A DNA stretch of 64,000 nt from Octopus sinensis (lineage: Eukaryota): positions 58,094,001 to 58,158,000 of the forward strand of contig NC_043009.1 in the NCBI RefSeq assembly GCF_006345805.1, given 5' to 3'. The notes beneath the pieces were generated by a model. That model saw nothing but the letters and a program-made list of their open reading frames with translations. It was not told the origin of the DNA and made no database searches. This document shows, piece by piece, positions 1-12,023 of this stretch (positions are counted from its first letter, which is position 1; each line of letters starts with the position of its first letter). Made by a program: the position numbers and the translations under genes.

Positions 1-905
1 CAATCTAACAGCAACGCTCTAACACTGTGAGAACAACATTTCCAAATAATTTTATTCTAACAATATCAACCTCAAAACACTACTCTAACAACATATTAAC
101 AGCACCCCAAAAACATCATGTCGCAAAACGTCTCTCGATAACATCGCCTACGGTAATCGCTTGCAGAACATTGCCATAATAACATTGCTCCAATACTCCC
201 TATTATTACAGCCTGTCAACATGGCCTTAACAAAAAAAGCAACATATTATCATTGAAACAACAGCGATACGTTATTTGAATTATAGTTAATTGATTTAAA
301 ATTTTGGTGCAATAATTGTCTATGATGGGATATTAGGGATAGTCAAATAGTCAACACGTGTCAACATCTGTCCCGGTTAAAAGTAAAAAAAAACAAAACA
401 AAACAAATATCTTAAATACCTAAGAATTCTAAAATAGGATGACATGAATTATATGATTCCGGGGGGTAACAGAAACAAACCCTTGGTGAACGAGTACAAA
501 AAGGGGCAATGAGGTTAGAGATGTGACTGAGATGAATGCAGTCAGGAGGCAGGTTTCTTTTACATCCCACCTACAACAGAAAGTGTGTTAATGTTAATAA
601 GTGCTTTTCTGTTGCTTGGATGAGAGAGTCATGAAATGCTCGGAATATGTTCTTCATATTCTAATACAATGGTTCTCAACCATTCTTTTAGGTTTGTACC
701 CCTTTGATTCATTTTATACTTTCTGCAGGGGTTGGATACAATAATGGAAAAATCTAGCATCATAGCATCATAATTTTGAAATATCTATAAAACCATCAAA
801 AGTTTTTTTTTATTTTTATGTATTTTTCATTTATTATTAGTGTTGCTTAATATGTTTCGCTAAAATTGCTGTATCATCAGAAAAAGGTAATTAAAATTCA
901 TTAAA

Positions 906-1318
906 ATGACAGATCTATCAGACTTTCAAAGCGGTCAAATTGTTGGTGCTCGTATGGCGGGCGCTAGCGTAACGAAAACAGCCGACATGTTTTGGTGTAT
1001 CAGGAAGTATTGTCTCGAAAGTAATGACAGCCTTTGAGAAAGAGGGAAAACCTCCTCGTCGAAATAAAATTCCGGAAGAAAACCAAAACTTTCAGATACG
1101 GACCGTCGGATTCTTGCGCGATTTGTTAGAAAGAATCACAAAAGTGCAGCTCCCAAAATTGCTTCAGAGTTTAATGGCTACATCGGGAACCCAGTTTTAC
1201 AAAAACTGTTCGCCGGGAGCTGCATAAAGCCGGATATCACGAGAAGGCTACAACCAGAAAACTACTACTTTCAATAACAAGCATTTCAAAGCGTTTAGAG
1301 TGGAGTAAAAACCTACAA
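906..1318 (+). mobile_element. Tc1-family transposase N-terminal fragment (frameshifted, with a stop)
   Basis: Across frameshifts it reads MTDLSDFQSGQIVGARMAGASVTKTADMFGVS...SGRKPKLSDTDRRILARFVRKN...KTVRRELHKAGY...KRLEWSK. This matches the paired-like HTH and GRPR-type linker of Tc1 transposases. Confidence 0.85.
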
Positions 1319-1511
1319 GTCGAGCAACTATTCAGCGAAAGCGAGATGGTTGGAGAATAACCATAGATATAGTTAGTAACGGTTGAAAATATAGTAAGAA
1401 AGCGTAGTGAGATTTGCTTCTCCTAGGACCTTATGGAGGAGATGGCTGAACACTCTCCTCCCACGACCTCTCCTAGTGGACGGCGAAACTGGATGGTGCA
1501 ATGGATATCTT

Positions 1512-2293
1512 CGTTTCAAATTTTGGCACAAAGCCAGCAATTTCAGTAGAGGGGTAAGACGATTACATTGAATACAGTGCCAAACTAGTAATTATTTCAT
1601 CCACCTCGTAAAAATTAATGGCAAAGTCAACCCCGGTGGAATTTGAACTCAGAACGTAAAAGCGGACAAAATACAGCTAAACATTTTGCACAGCGTGCTA
1701 ACCACTCTCCCAGGCTGCCGCCCCTTTCGGAATGGATATATTCTTTTCTACTCTAGGCACAATACCCGAAATATTTGAAGAGGGGGCCAGTCGATTAGAT
1801 CGACCTTAAGATGCAACTGAACGTAGCGGCAGACGAAATACCAATTTCGTTACTACTCACAAGGGGCTAAACACAGAGAGGACAAACAAGGACAGACAAA
1901 CAGATTAAGTCGATTATATCGACCCAGTGCGTAACTAGTACTTAATTTATCGACCTCGAAGGGATGAAAGGCAAAGTCGACCTCGGCGGAATTTGAACTC
2001 AGAACGTAGCGACAGACGAAATACCACAAAGCATTTCGCCCGGTGTGCTAACGTTTTTCTCTTCTCTTATTGCCCACAAGGGGCTAAACATAGAGGGAAC
2101 AAACAAGGACAGACAAACGGATTAAGTCGATTACATCGACCCAGTGCGTAACTGGTACTTTATTTATCGACCCCGAAAGGATGAAAGGCAAAGTCGACCT
2201 CGGCGGATTTTTTGAACTCAGAACGTAACGCCAGACGAAATACCGCTAAACATTTCGCCCGGCGTGCTAACGTTTCTGCCAGCTCGCCGCCTT
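1512..2293 (-). mobile_element. SINE family A cluster (tRNA-derived, multimeric)
   Basis: Reverse complement of GGCGGCGAGCTGGCAGAAACGTTAGCACGCCGGGCGAAATG...GAGTTCAAA...GGTCGACTTTGCCTTTCATCCTTTCGGGGTCGATAAA repeated in tandem. The same sequence recurs about 10 times in the window. The central block resembles the MetaSINE domain as recalled. Confidence 0.85.
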
Positions 2294-2423
2294 AAGGAAT
2301 GGATATATTAAGTCACCGAACTTCGTGATTGAGAATAGATTAACAATCAAATCATTCCTGCACAATAATACAATCAATAACCATGATTCTGAGAGGTAAT
2401 ATATAGCATTTCTTTATTTATAG

Positions 2424-2524
2424 AAATAGCTGACAAGAACCATATTATCGAGAAAGATTTACGTAAGGCTGCCGTATCAGCTTTTCTCATCATCTTTCTG
2501 GAAAAAGGATTCAAGAACGTGCCA
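2424..2524 (+). CDS. Putative coding exon of uncharacterised gene
   Basis: Acceptor tttctttatttatag and donor CCA|gtgagt. Open frame (E)IADKNHIIEKDLRKAAVSAFLIIFLEKGFKNVP, ending in phase 0. Confidence 0.55.
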
Positions 2525-2593
2525 GTGAGTAACAATATGGTTAGCAATAGAATAACAATGATGAATAGATTTTGAATAACACTTATTCAAAAG

Positions 2594-2806
2594 ATACGTT
2601 CAAGGAAATTCACAATGCAGATGGTTGAATTCTACGGTAAGAGAACATCCACCCTATGTTTGGCATATATCGATCACCAGGAATGCTTTCAGGGGATCTT
2701 GTTTTACAAATGCTTAGAAAAACATCAGCATTCTGTCGTTCATATATTTCAGAATCTCAACAAGCAAGCAAACGAAAAACTATATGAATTTAAAATGAAA
2801 TATTGA
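2594..2806 (+). CDS. Putative coding exon (3' boundary ambiguous: donor at 2636, stop at 2806, or donor at 2850)
   Basis: Acceptor ttattcaaaag in phase 0. Reads IRSRKFTMQMVEFYGKRTSTLCLAY...ILFYKCLEKHQHSVVHIFQNL..., which aligns by eye to the terminal exon 15209-15469. Confidence 0.45.
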   Translation: MRSRKFTMQMVEFYGKRTSTLCLAYIDHQECFQGILFYKCLEKHQHSVVHIFQNLNKQANEKLYEFKMKY

Positions 2807-3010
2807 TACGTAACATCGTTTTTTTGGATATGGAACTCATGCTGTAATAGGTAAGATGTTGCTTAGAATTAACGAAGCATGAGAACCGAGAACGGTTGGC
2901 CTTGCACTCTGACATTCGCAGAAAAAAATTAGTTGGCAAAAGTATATACACTGTTCCAAACCAGCTTTTGACATTTGCTACGACATTTATTAATAATTTA
3001 AAAGTTATAA

Positions 3011-3585
3011 GGTGGCGAGCTGGCAGAAACGTTAGCACACCGGGCTAAATGCTTAGCAGTATTTCGTCTGCCGCTACGTTCTGAGTTCAAATTCTGCAGA
3101 GGTCGACTTTGCCTTTCATCCTTTCGGGGTCGATAAATTAAGTACCAGTTACGCACTGGAGTCGATGTAATCCACTTAATCCGTTTGTCTGTCCTTGTTT
3201 GTCCCCCTCCGTGTTTAGCCCCTTGTGGGTAGTAAAGAAATAGGTATTTCGTTTGTCTTTACGTTCTGAGTTCAAATTCCGCCGAAGTCAACTGTGCTTT
3301 TCATCCTTTCGTTGTCGATAAATTAGAACCAGTTGCGTGCTGGGGCCGATCTAATCGACTGCTCCCCTTCCTACCTAAACTTTAGGGTCTTGTGCCTAGA
3401 GTAAGAAAGAATCGTTAGCGCCCCGAGCAAAATGCTTAGCAGTATTTCTTCCGTCTTTACGTTCAGAGACCGAATTTGCTTTTCATCATTTCGGGTTTCG
3501 ATAAAATAAAAACTCTTTAAGCACTGGGGTCGATGTAATCACCTTAGCCATGATCTTGCTGGCCTCGTGCCAAAATTTGAAACCA
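3011..3585 (+). mobile_element. SINE family A (dimeric copy plus adjacent older copy)
   Basis: Same head, core and GTGCCTAGAGTAAGAAAGAAT end as the other family A copies. Confidence 0.85.
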
Positions 3586-4012
3586 ATAATATCAAAGCTA
3601 ATAGTAACAGCAAGCGACTAGAACAATAGTGACGAGAATGCCTTCCATATATATAATTTATACGTGACACACATTTCAAATTTAGTGGTTATTAAAATGC
3701 AATTTGACTAAAGGCAAACTCTTAATATTCACATCTTTCTTAAAGATAAGCGTGAAACAAAGATCCTGTGGATAGCTTACAGCAAAGTTTTTATCCTAGT
3801 TTGCAGATAATAGCGTACAATCACATATATTTAATAGTCTTCATGGAGTATATGTAAATCCCGTTCATTTAAAGACGAAATATTTGGCTTCAATACGTAA
3901 CTAAAATAATCTGCAAAAACTATTTTATGCAAAGATTACACATATGCAAATTCTCTAAATCAGGATGCGATGATTGACAAAAGGTATATACATACATACA
4001 TATATGTATATA

Positions 4013-4351
4013 TCCTTTTTTCTCTCCTTGTTTTTTTCTGTGTCCATTTCTGTAGAAGAGCGTAGGCTCGATACGTAAAAGACTTTTTCTATTCCTGAGC
4101 GTTATACTAATACATCTGTTTGTTTTGTACAGCACCTGTCTTCGTCTTTTGTTTTTTCGTAAACTTTCCCTATATATAATATATATATATATAATCCTTT
4201 TTTCTCTCCTTGTTTTTTCTGTGTCCCTTTCTGTAGAAGAGCGTAGGCTCGATACGTAAAAGATTTTTTCTATTCCTGAGCGTTATACTAATACATCTCT
4301 TTGTTTTGTACAGCACCTGTCTTCGTCTTTTGTTTTTTCGTAAACGTTCCC
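4013..4351 (+). repeat. Tandem pair of ~157-bp units, each with a variant hammerhead-like motif
   Basis: Near-identical units at 4013-4170 and 4195-4351 separated by (TA)n. Each contains TTT-CTGTAGA-A-GAGC gtag GCTC-GATAC-GTA-AAAG. Confidence 0.75.
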
Positions 4352-4370
4352 TATATATATATATATATAT

Positions 4371-4667
4371 TATATAAAATCCGTTCTGTCTGTCTGTGTG
4401 TGTGTCTTCTATGATCTCGGGCATCCTCCATCCGATTGCTCTCAAATTTGATATATCGATACCGACGGTATTATGGCGTGTATAGGTCTTGAAAAGATAA
4501 CAAAAATCGATTCCAGGTAAGAATGCGTTCGATAAAGCTTTGGGAACGTGCATTTGTACGCACAAGTACATCAGCTGTTGCGATCGATACTACGCGCATT
4601 TTGAGAACATTTGGTTTTTATGTTTTTCAAACTCACCACCGTCCATTGGACGGGGGCATTTTGCTCG
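4371..4667 (+). mobile_element. Non-autonomous Helitron-like element
   Basis: 5' TATATAAAAT..CTGTCTGTCTGT head. 3' hairpin CCGTCC-att-GGACGG followed about 10 nt later by CTCG|T (decayed CTAG|T). Confidence 0.55.
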
Positions 4668-5276
4668 TATATATATCTATCTATCTATATATATATATAT
4701 ATATATGTATATGTATGTATGTATATATGTATGTGTATGGGTGTGTGTATATCTATATATGTATGTATACACATACATGTATACATACATATATATATAT
4801 AAATAAATACATAAAATTTGTGAATGTGTATATATATATAAATTATATATATATATATATATATATACGTACTAACAGACACATTTTTATACAAACAAAA
4901 CGCAATGAGAATATGAATACGACATTTGTCTGAACTTAGATTTCTATATATTGTTTCTTTTTTCCATGATATAAAAATTACTGCTTCCATTCCAGGCAGA
5001 CAAATCATGTGGATGTAAAAAGTAGCTTTGTTGTTCTAGTTTCAATTACACAAAAATGCAATTCAATCATTAATACCATTTGAAATTCAAGCTGAAACGA
5101 GAAACAGCCCAGCAAGTTCGAAGTTAGACAACTCAAGATAATGACAAACCGTCCGGTTTCCCGTTTGATATAAGTTGTTTTCAATTCAAGCTCTGATTCA
5201 TTGAGATACAATAATAATTCTTCTTTGATAAGTATATACATACATACGTGCATATATATATATATATATTATATAT

Positions 5277-5404
<128 letters not shown>

Positions 5405-5842
5405 CATATATATATATATATATACAATACTACATACATATGTACATATATACATATATACATATATACATGGAGGCACATATATATATAGCCATCGTTT
5501 TAAATGATTTGAAAATTCTGGCTTATGATATATATAAACGATTTTCTTATTTGAAAATAAAAAATTAAGATTTGCCGCTTGGTTAACTAAAGCAATGCTA
5601 GCGGATCTGTCTGAAGTAAATAAGTACGAAGCAAAATTGTTTGATATAGAAAATATTTTTTCTGTTACAGCAACATTCGAAGCAAATGAGACGTGGTATT
5701 ATGGCTTGATAGTCAGGCCAAGACTAAACACAGAAATAGAGATAATTTTTGCGGCCGCTTTTATTTTCATCATTTGCAGAATGAGGTTTTGGTACAGTAA
5801 ATGACAGACTAATGACAAAAAGCGAAGCTGAGATGATTCATG

Positions 5843-5888
<46 letters not shown>

Positions 5889-5889
5889 A

Positions 5890-6286
5890 AAGAGTGAAAA
5901 ACTACGGAAGGCTGGTGTTATAAGGTTATAAGGTTAAGAAATATATTTAAGTCGTTATGTAAAAAAAATGTTATAAAATTTTGTGTATAGTAACATAGTT
6001 TTTTGAGGATTAACCGGTTTCGTCTTTTCTTTACCTGCATCGTGTCATGTCTTCGCTATGAAGTGAAGAGTTCCTGGCAGGGGAAGGTAATCAGGGATTT
6101 CTTCCGGTATAAGGGAGAGAATCGCTTTATATTTTTGTTCAATGAGATGAGTTTCTTTGTATAAAAATGTTAGAAATGGTTAAGTTTTGGTTAATATTTT
6201 TCAATGAAGAATGTTTCCTTTTTTTAATCTAAGTTGTGTTGGTGTTCCAATAGCACATTGATAGAATGGAAAGATTAAAAATTGTG

Positions 6287-6288
<2 letters not shown>
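5890..6288 (-). mobile_element. Penelope-like element 3' fragment (GIY-YIG C-terminus plus decayed hammerhead)
   Basis: Minus strand reads PQFLIFPFYQC...LRLKK(E)TFFIEKY*PKLN, typical of the PLE endonuclease end. Downstream lies CTGATTA...GAC-GAAAC-CG-GTT. Confidence 0.6.
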
Positions 6289-6337
<49 letters not shown>

Positions 6338-6447
6338 CTATATATATATATATATATATAATTATTAAAAGCAGCAGAAATTCAACAAAACCTGTTACTC
6401 GGAGTTTCACGTTGCCGTTCGTTGGACAGTTTTGTTAATATAATATA

Positions 6448-6487
<40 letters not shown>

Positions 6488-6519
6488 ATATATATAATAT
6501 ATATGTTGTGGCATTCTGT

Positions 6520-6822
6520 CGGTTATGACGACGATTACCAAGGCGAGGATTGCAGTTACACTGATCAACGGAACAGCCTGCTCGTGAAATTAACGTGCAA
6601 GTGACTAAGCACGCCACAAACACTCGTACACTTAACGTACCTCTCGAGGAGACTCAGCGTGACACAGAGTGTGACAAGGCTGGCCCTTAGAAATACAGGT
6701 ACAATAGAAACAAGTAGAAAGAGTGAGAGAAAATTGAGGTGAAAAAATACAGCTTCGTGGAGATTTTATGTGTTTTTGCTTAATAAACACTCACAGCACC
6801 CGGTCTAGGAATCGAAACCGCG
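6520..6822 (-). mobile_element. SINE family B copy
   Basis: Shares its body (CTCGTGAAATTAACGTGCAA...GTGACAAGGCTG) with 32535-32852. Confidence 0.7.
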
Positions 6823-6854
6823 ATATATATGTACGTATGTATTTATGCATTTTT

Positions 6855-6934
6855 GTGTCTGCGTTTGTTCCCCCACCATCGCTTGAGACCCGGGTGTGTT
6901 TTAATATACTTTTATGAATGTATAATATATATAT

Positions 6935-6980
<46 letters not shown>

Positions 6981-7210
6981 TATAGTTTACATGTATGTCT
7001 CTATGTTCTGTACTTGACAACTTCGCGTTTTTGTGTGTTTATGTCCCCGTATCATAGCGGTTCTGCAAATAAAGACGGATAGAATAAGTACCACGCTTAC
7101 AAAGAATAAGTCCTGGAGTCAATTTGTTCGTGCAAAGGCGGTGCTCCAGCATGGTCGCAGTCAAATGACTGAAACATGTAAAAGAATAAAAGAATAAAAG
7201 AATAAAAGGA
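6855..7210 (+). mobile_element. SINE family C 3' half
   Basis: GGCGGTGCTCCAGCATGGTCGCAGTCAAATGACTGAAAC plus a (TAAAAGAA)n tail. Confidence 0.75.
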
Positions 7211-7828
7211 ATATTTATAACGAGATTTATGACGGCAGCTGATTTTCCGACTGGAATGAAAGCTGAAACTTAATAATGTAAGTTTACCGGTGTTTAAATT
7301 CGTTTCTTCTTTTCTATCATGTTTCAATTTCGTATTATTGATTAAATTGTATTTTTGTGAATATAAAATCATAATTTCGAAGTTGTTTACTAACTCACCT
7401 GATCACTCTTGAAACAAATGCTACTAAAGTAATTACAGCAAGGAAGAACGATGTCTAAATGCATAAGAACATATAACAAATCACAGTGTTTGATCATGAT
7501 TAATGTTTATACACCCGTTAATAGGCCTGTTAGATCTCTGTATTCAATCTAAGATAGCATAACTTATGTACGAACTTTGATAAAACAATAAATGCCGTAA
7601 GGAGACACATGAATAAGGAGACAGAACGGCGGATGTATCTAGGAATTCTGGGATATTCTCACCTCAACTCCAAGACGTTTACTTGCGGCCGGCTACATGG
7701 TTGAACGAGACGTGGGAAACAATTAATAAAATATTCACTGATGTTCATAGTAATCGCCCGCTGAAAAAAATACCGGTAGTGTTTTCATTTATTTAGTCAG
7801 TTCAATGTTTAGGATGCATATTTTTGAA

Positions 7829-8085
7829 GGCGCATGGCTCAGTGGTTAGAGCGTCGTGCTTACGATCGTGAGGTTGTGAGTTCGAATCCCGAATCAGGCT
7901 GCGTGTTGTGTTCTTGACCAAGACACTTTATTTCACGTTGCTCCAGTTCACTCAGCTGTAGAAATGAGTTTTGATGTCCAGGTGCCAAGCCGTATCGGCC
8001 CTTGCCTTTCCCTTGGATAAGACTGGTGGCGTGGAGAGGGTAGGCCAGTATGCATGGGCGACTGCTGGGCTTCCATAAACAACCT
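7829..8085 (+). mobile_element. SINE family B (tRNA head plus CORE-like domain)
   Basis: A box TGGCTCAGTGG and B box GAGTTCGAATCC, followed by CORE-like GTGTTCTTGACCAAGACACTTTATTTCAC...CTGTAGAAATG. Second copy at 35105-35408. Confidence 0.85.
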
Positions 8086-8712
8086 TATTATCTAGATAAG
8101 TTATTACCTCTTTGGTTTGCCACTGGGTCAAATAATACATTGTTCAGCTGGACGAATCAGACGCATTCTTCTCATTCTCTTGTCCAAGCTCGTTTCTCCG
8201 CGTTCGCTACCTCACCTCGTTTAGGTTTAACAGCCCTTCCTGTTTGTTTTCACTGTCCTATTTTTGTTACCTTAGCAAAATCTTAAATTTTATTAAAATT
8301 TGCTTTGCGAAAACAACTGTTTTGTCGAAGGCGTATCTTGTCGAATTGCTCGAAATACGGATTAAAAAGCAGCCGACAACTGATGAAGGGTCGTTCGGTA
8401 TGCTGCTTGTCTTGTTATCCACTTGTTTCTTTCGTTGTTGCAAAAACAGTTCATATTCCATGTATTTGTATTCGTATTACGTATTTCATGTTTTCATTTT
8501 TTTATGTTGTTTATATTCCGTGACCTCCTGCGCCAAAATTTGCCTATGTATATACGTATATCTGTAAGTATGTGTGTGTATATATATATATTATATATAT
8601 ATATATATATAATATATATATATATTATGTTAGTATATATATATATATATATATGTATAGAGGCATATACGTTTATATATGTGTATATGTATATACGTTT
8701 GTATATATGCAC

Positions 8713-8754
<42 letters not shown>

Positions 8755-8849
8755 TTGTGTGTGTGTTTGTGTGTGTGTGTGTACCTATGTGCGCATGTGC
8801 TCGTACATTCATGTACAAGTATGTATAAATTCGTGTATGAATGTGATAT

Positions 8850-8913
8850 TTTTGATGTATTTTGTCTGTCTGTGCGTCACATGAAGAGTGTGTACATATT
8901 TGTCTCGTGATAC

Positions 8914-8964
<51 letters not shown>

Positions 8965-8976
8965 GATCTCCTATCC

Positions 8977-9011
<35 letters not shown>

Positions 9012-9012
9012 C

Positions 9013-9043
<31 letters not shown>

Positions 9044-9182
9044 CATCTATCTATCTATCTAGCTATCTATATCTATCTATCTATCTATCCATCCATCTAT
9101 CTAGATAGATAGATAGATGTATCACGAGACAAATATGTACACACTCTTCATGTGACGCACAGACAGACAAAATACATCAAAA
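8850..9182. repeat. Perfect inverted repeat (~80-bp arms) around a (TCTA)n spacer
   Basis: TTTTGATGTATTTTGTCTGTCTGTGCGTCACATGAAGAGTGTGTACATATTTGTCTCGTGATACATCT... and its exact reverse complement ending at 9182. Confidence 0.9.
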
Positions 9183-9188
9183 TATATC

Positions 9189-9222
<34 letters not shown>

Positions 9223-9287
9223 CATCTATCTATCTATCCATCTATCTATCTATCTATCTATCTATCTATTATCTATCTATCTCATCC

Positions 9288-9366
<79 letters not shown>

Positions 9367-9367
9367 G

Positions 9368-9403
<36 letters not shown>

Positions 9404-9498
9404 GCTATCTATCTATCTATCTGTCTATCTATCTATCTATCTATCAATCTATCTATCTATCTATCAGTCTATCTATCTATCTATCTATCTATCTATCA

Positions 9499-9538
<40 letters not shown>

Positions 9539-10579
9539 ATCGACCTGTCTGTCTGTATGTCTGTCTGTGTCTATCTATCTGTTTGTCTGTCTGTCTCTAT
9601 GTCTTTCTGACTGTCTGTCTGTGTCTGTCTGTCTGTGTCTATCTCACTATCTATCTGTTTGCTTGTCTGTCTGTCTGTCTGTCTTCCTGTCTACCTACAC
9701 ATACCTGTTTGAGCGTATGGCTATATCAGTATGTGTAAGTCTATGCATGTATGTATGTATTTAGGTATGTATGTATGTATGTATGTATATATGTATGTAT
9801 ACAAATGCCTGTTGATACATCTCCATGTTCGTGCCTACCATTGTAACTGAATCAACGTGCGTGCATTTGTGCGTATCCAAATACGTACGTGTAAGTGTGC
9901 GTACACATGCGTGTGTGTATGTGTATATGTGTGTGTGTGTGTGTATGTGTGTGTGTGTGTGTCTGCTCATGCCTAATACGTATACACATTTCTGTATGTT
10001 TGAACGATACCTGTTTGAACGTGTCTGTGTATTCAATTCTGTCTGAAGCTGCATATGTGTATGCTGCGCATGCGTATGTACACGGTGCTATGTTTATCTG
10101 CTGCGTCCCGAGAACGTGCATGTGCGAATGAACGCGCGTGTGACTACATGTGTATGTTTACACACATCATTATCCATGAGCCTCATGAATGTATTCCTCC
10201 ATTAATGTCTGTGTCTTTGTATGAATATATTTATTTGTACGTGACTATGTACTTTCACCTACATATAAGGAAATATTGCGTGTTCATGTATATACACACA
10301 CACATATATATATATGTGTGTGTGTGTGTGTGCGTGTGTGCGTGTGTGTGTATATATATATATGTTGTATTATATATATATTTATATACTGTATATTATA
10401 TATATAGATATATATTATATATATGTATATATTTACTATACATACATATATCCACATATATATATATATATACGTATATATACATATACATATATATATA
10501 TCGATATAAATATGTATACGTAAATATATACAAATATGTTTATAATTATGTAAATATATACATATATATATATGTATAT

Positions 10580-10640
<61 letters not shown>

Positions 10641-11206
10641 GATATATACACACATACACACACATACACACACACACACCACATATATATATAGATAGAT
10701 AGATAGATGGATACACCTACATACATCCATGCATATGTACGCATATCGTATAAGAGGGCGAACTTATAGTTAGTTACATACAGCAAAGGCTATGAAGAGA
10801 GCAATTGTCTAATTACGATCGCACATCAGAGTGTTTTGTGTGTGAAAGTTAAAGTAAAGGATGTATGTATGCTAGAGTCGATCACAAATTTAGAAATGAG
10901 AAAAAATTACTGGGATGAATTCGTGACTAAATGTTAATTAGAAATAAATTTTATTTCTGTTCAATCACGATTGTCAGCCTTCTTGAACTTTCAACGTCCG
11001 GTTTCAATGTTTCGATATGTATGCTTCTGTGTGTGTGTGTGGGTGTGTGTGAGTGTACGTATGTGCGTGCGCACGTTTGAGTGACTCATTGTGTGTGTGT
11101 GTGTGTTGTGTGTGTGTCTGTGTGTGTGTATGTGTGTCTCTGAGTGAATGTGTATGTGTGAGTCTGTGAATGTGTGTGATTTAAATCTCTGTCTCTCTCC
11201 TTTATA

Positions 11207-11271
<65 letters not shown>

Positions 11272-11938
11272 ATATAAGTATGTATATATGACTGTGAAAA
11301 TTAAATATGTATACAGATATGTAAATATATATATTTACACAAGTAAACAAGCATGTAGAAATTTGCACATAAATATTTACTGTGTGTGAATCCGAATGAA
11401 TATATGCATATGTGTGTCTGCATATGTGCATATGTATGCGTGTATAAGTATATATATATATATATACATTATATATGCATATGTATATTATATGTATATA
11501 TATATATATATGTATGTATACGTAATTACGTACATAGCTATTTATCTATATATATATCTATATCTATATCTATATATATGCATAGATACACACGCCACAC
11601 GCACATCGCCCCCGCCCCCCACTTATTTAATTTAAAGTGTCCAGTCGATTACGACTGACGAGTCTCAACAAATCGAAACAACCAGTGTCTGAGGACCACT
11701 TGCACTGATGACTCGATTGTGATATGAATCTAGTCAATGTAGAAGAGACGCCATTTTTCCTGTTACGACATTCCACTTCAAAGCGATATTTTCTCATGGC
11801 TACAGTATTTTCCTTATATGAAATTTTTCGTTCATTTTCTTTTTAATACATCTGTTGTTGTTCTTTATGTTACTTTTAACGTTGATGTTATTGTTGATGA
11901 TTTGGTTGTTGTTGTAGTTATTACTGAAATCCGTACAG

Positions 11939-12023
11939 CCTTTCGATTCTCGTCTACCTCAGAACATCATCAAATATGTAACGATGATATGACGTTGAAG
12001 TTAAGATTGATGGCTCTGCCGTG
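11939..12023 (+). CDS. Putative coding exon
   Basis: Acceptor ccgtacag and donor TG|gttagt. Reads (A)FRFSSTSEHHQICNDDMTLKLRLMALP(W). The phase-2 end completes TGG with the first G of exon 14869. Confidence 0.5.

Noticed and set aside
480-520. ERVQKGAMRL, a CR1-like remnant (similar trace near 22450)
   Set aside because: Too short to support.
1741-2293. Regularly spaced repeats that could suggest a CRISPR array
   Set aside because: These are multimeric SINE modules with no unique spacers, no cas genes and a eukaryotic context.
7829-7900. tRNA gene
   Set aside because: The tRNA-like head continues into a dispersed SINE body, with no proper acceptor stem or terminator. The same applies to the other SINE heads.
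11645-11730. Hammerhead-like CTGACGA...GAAAC..GTC...CTGATGA
   Set aside because: Stems I and II cannot both be formed convincingly in either permutation; at best a decayed relic.
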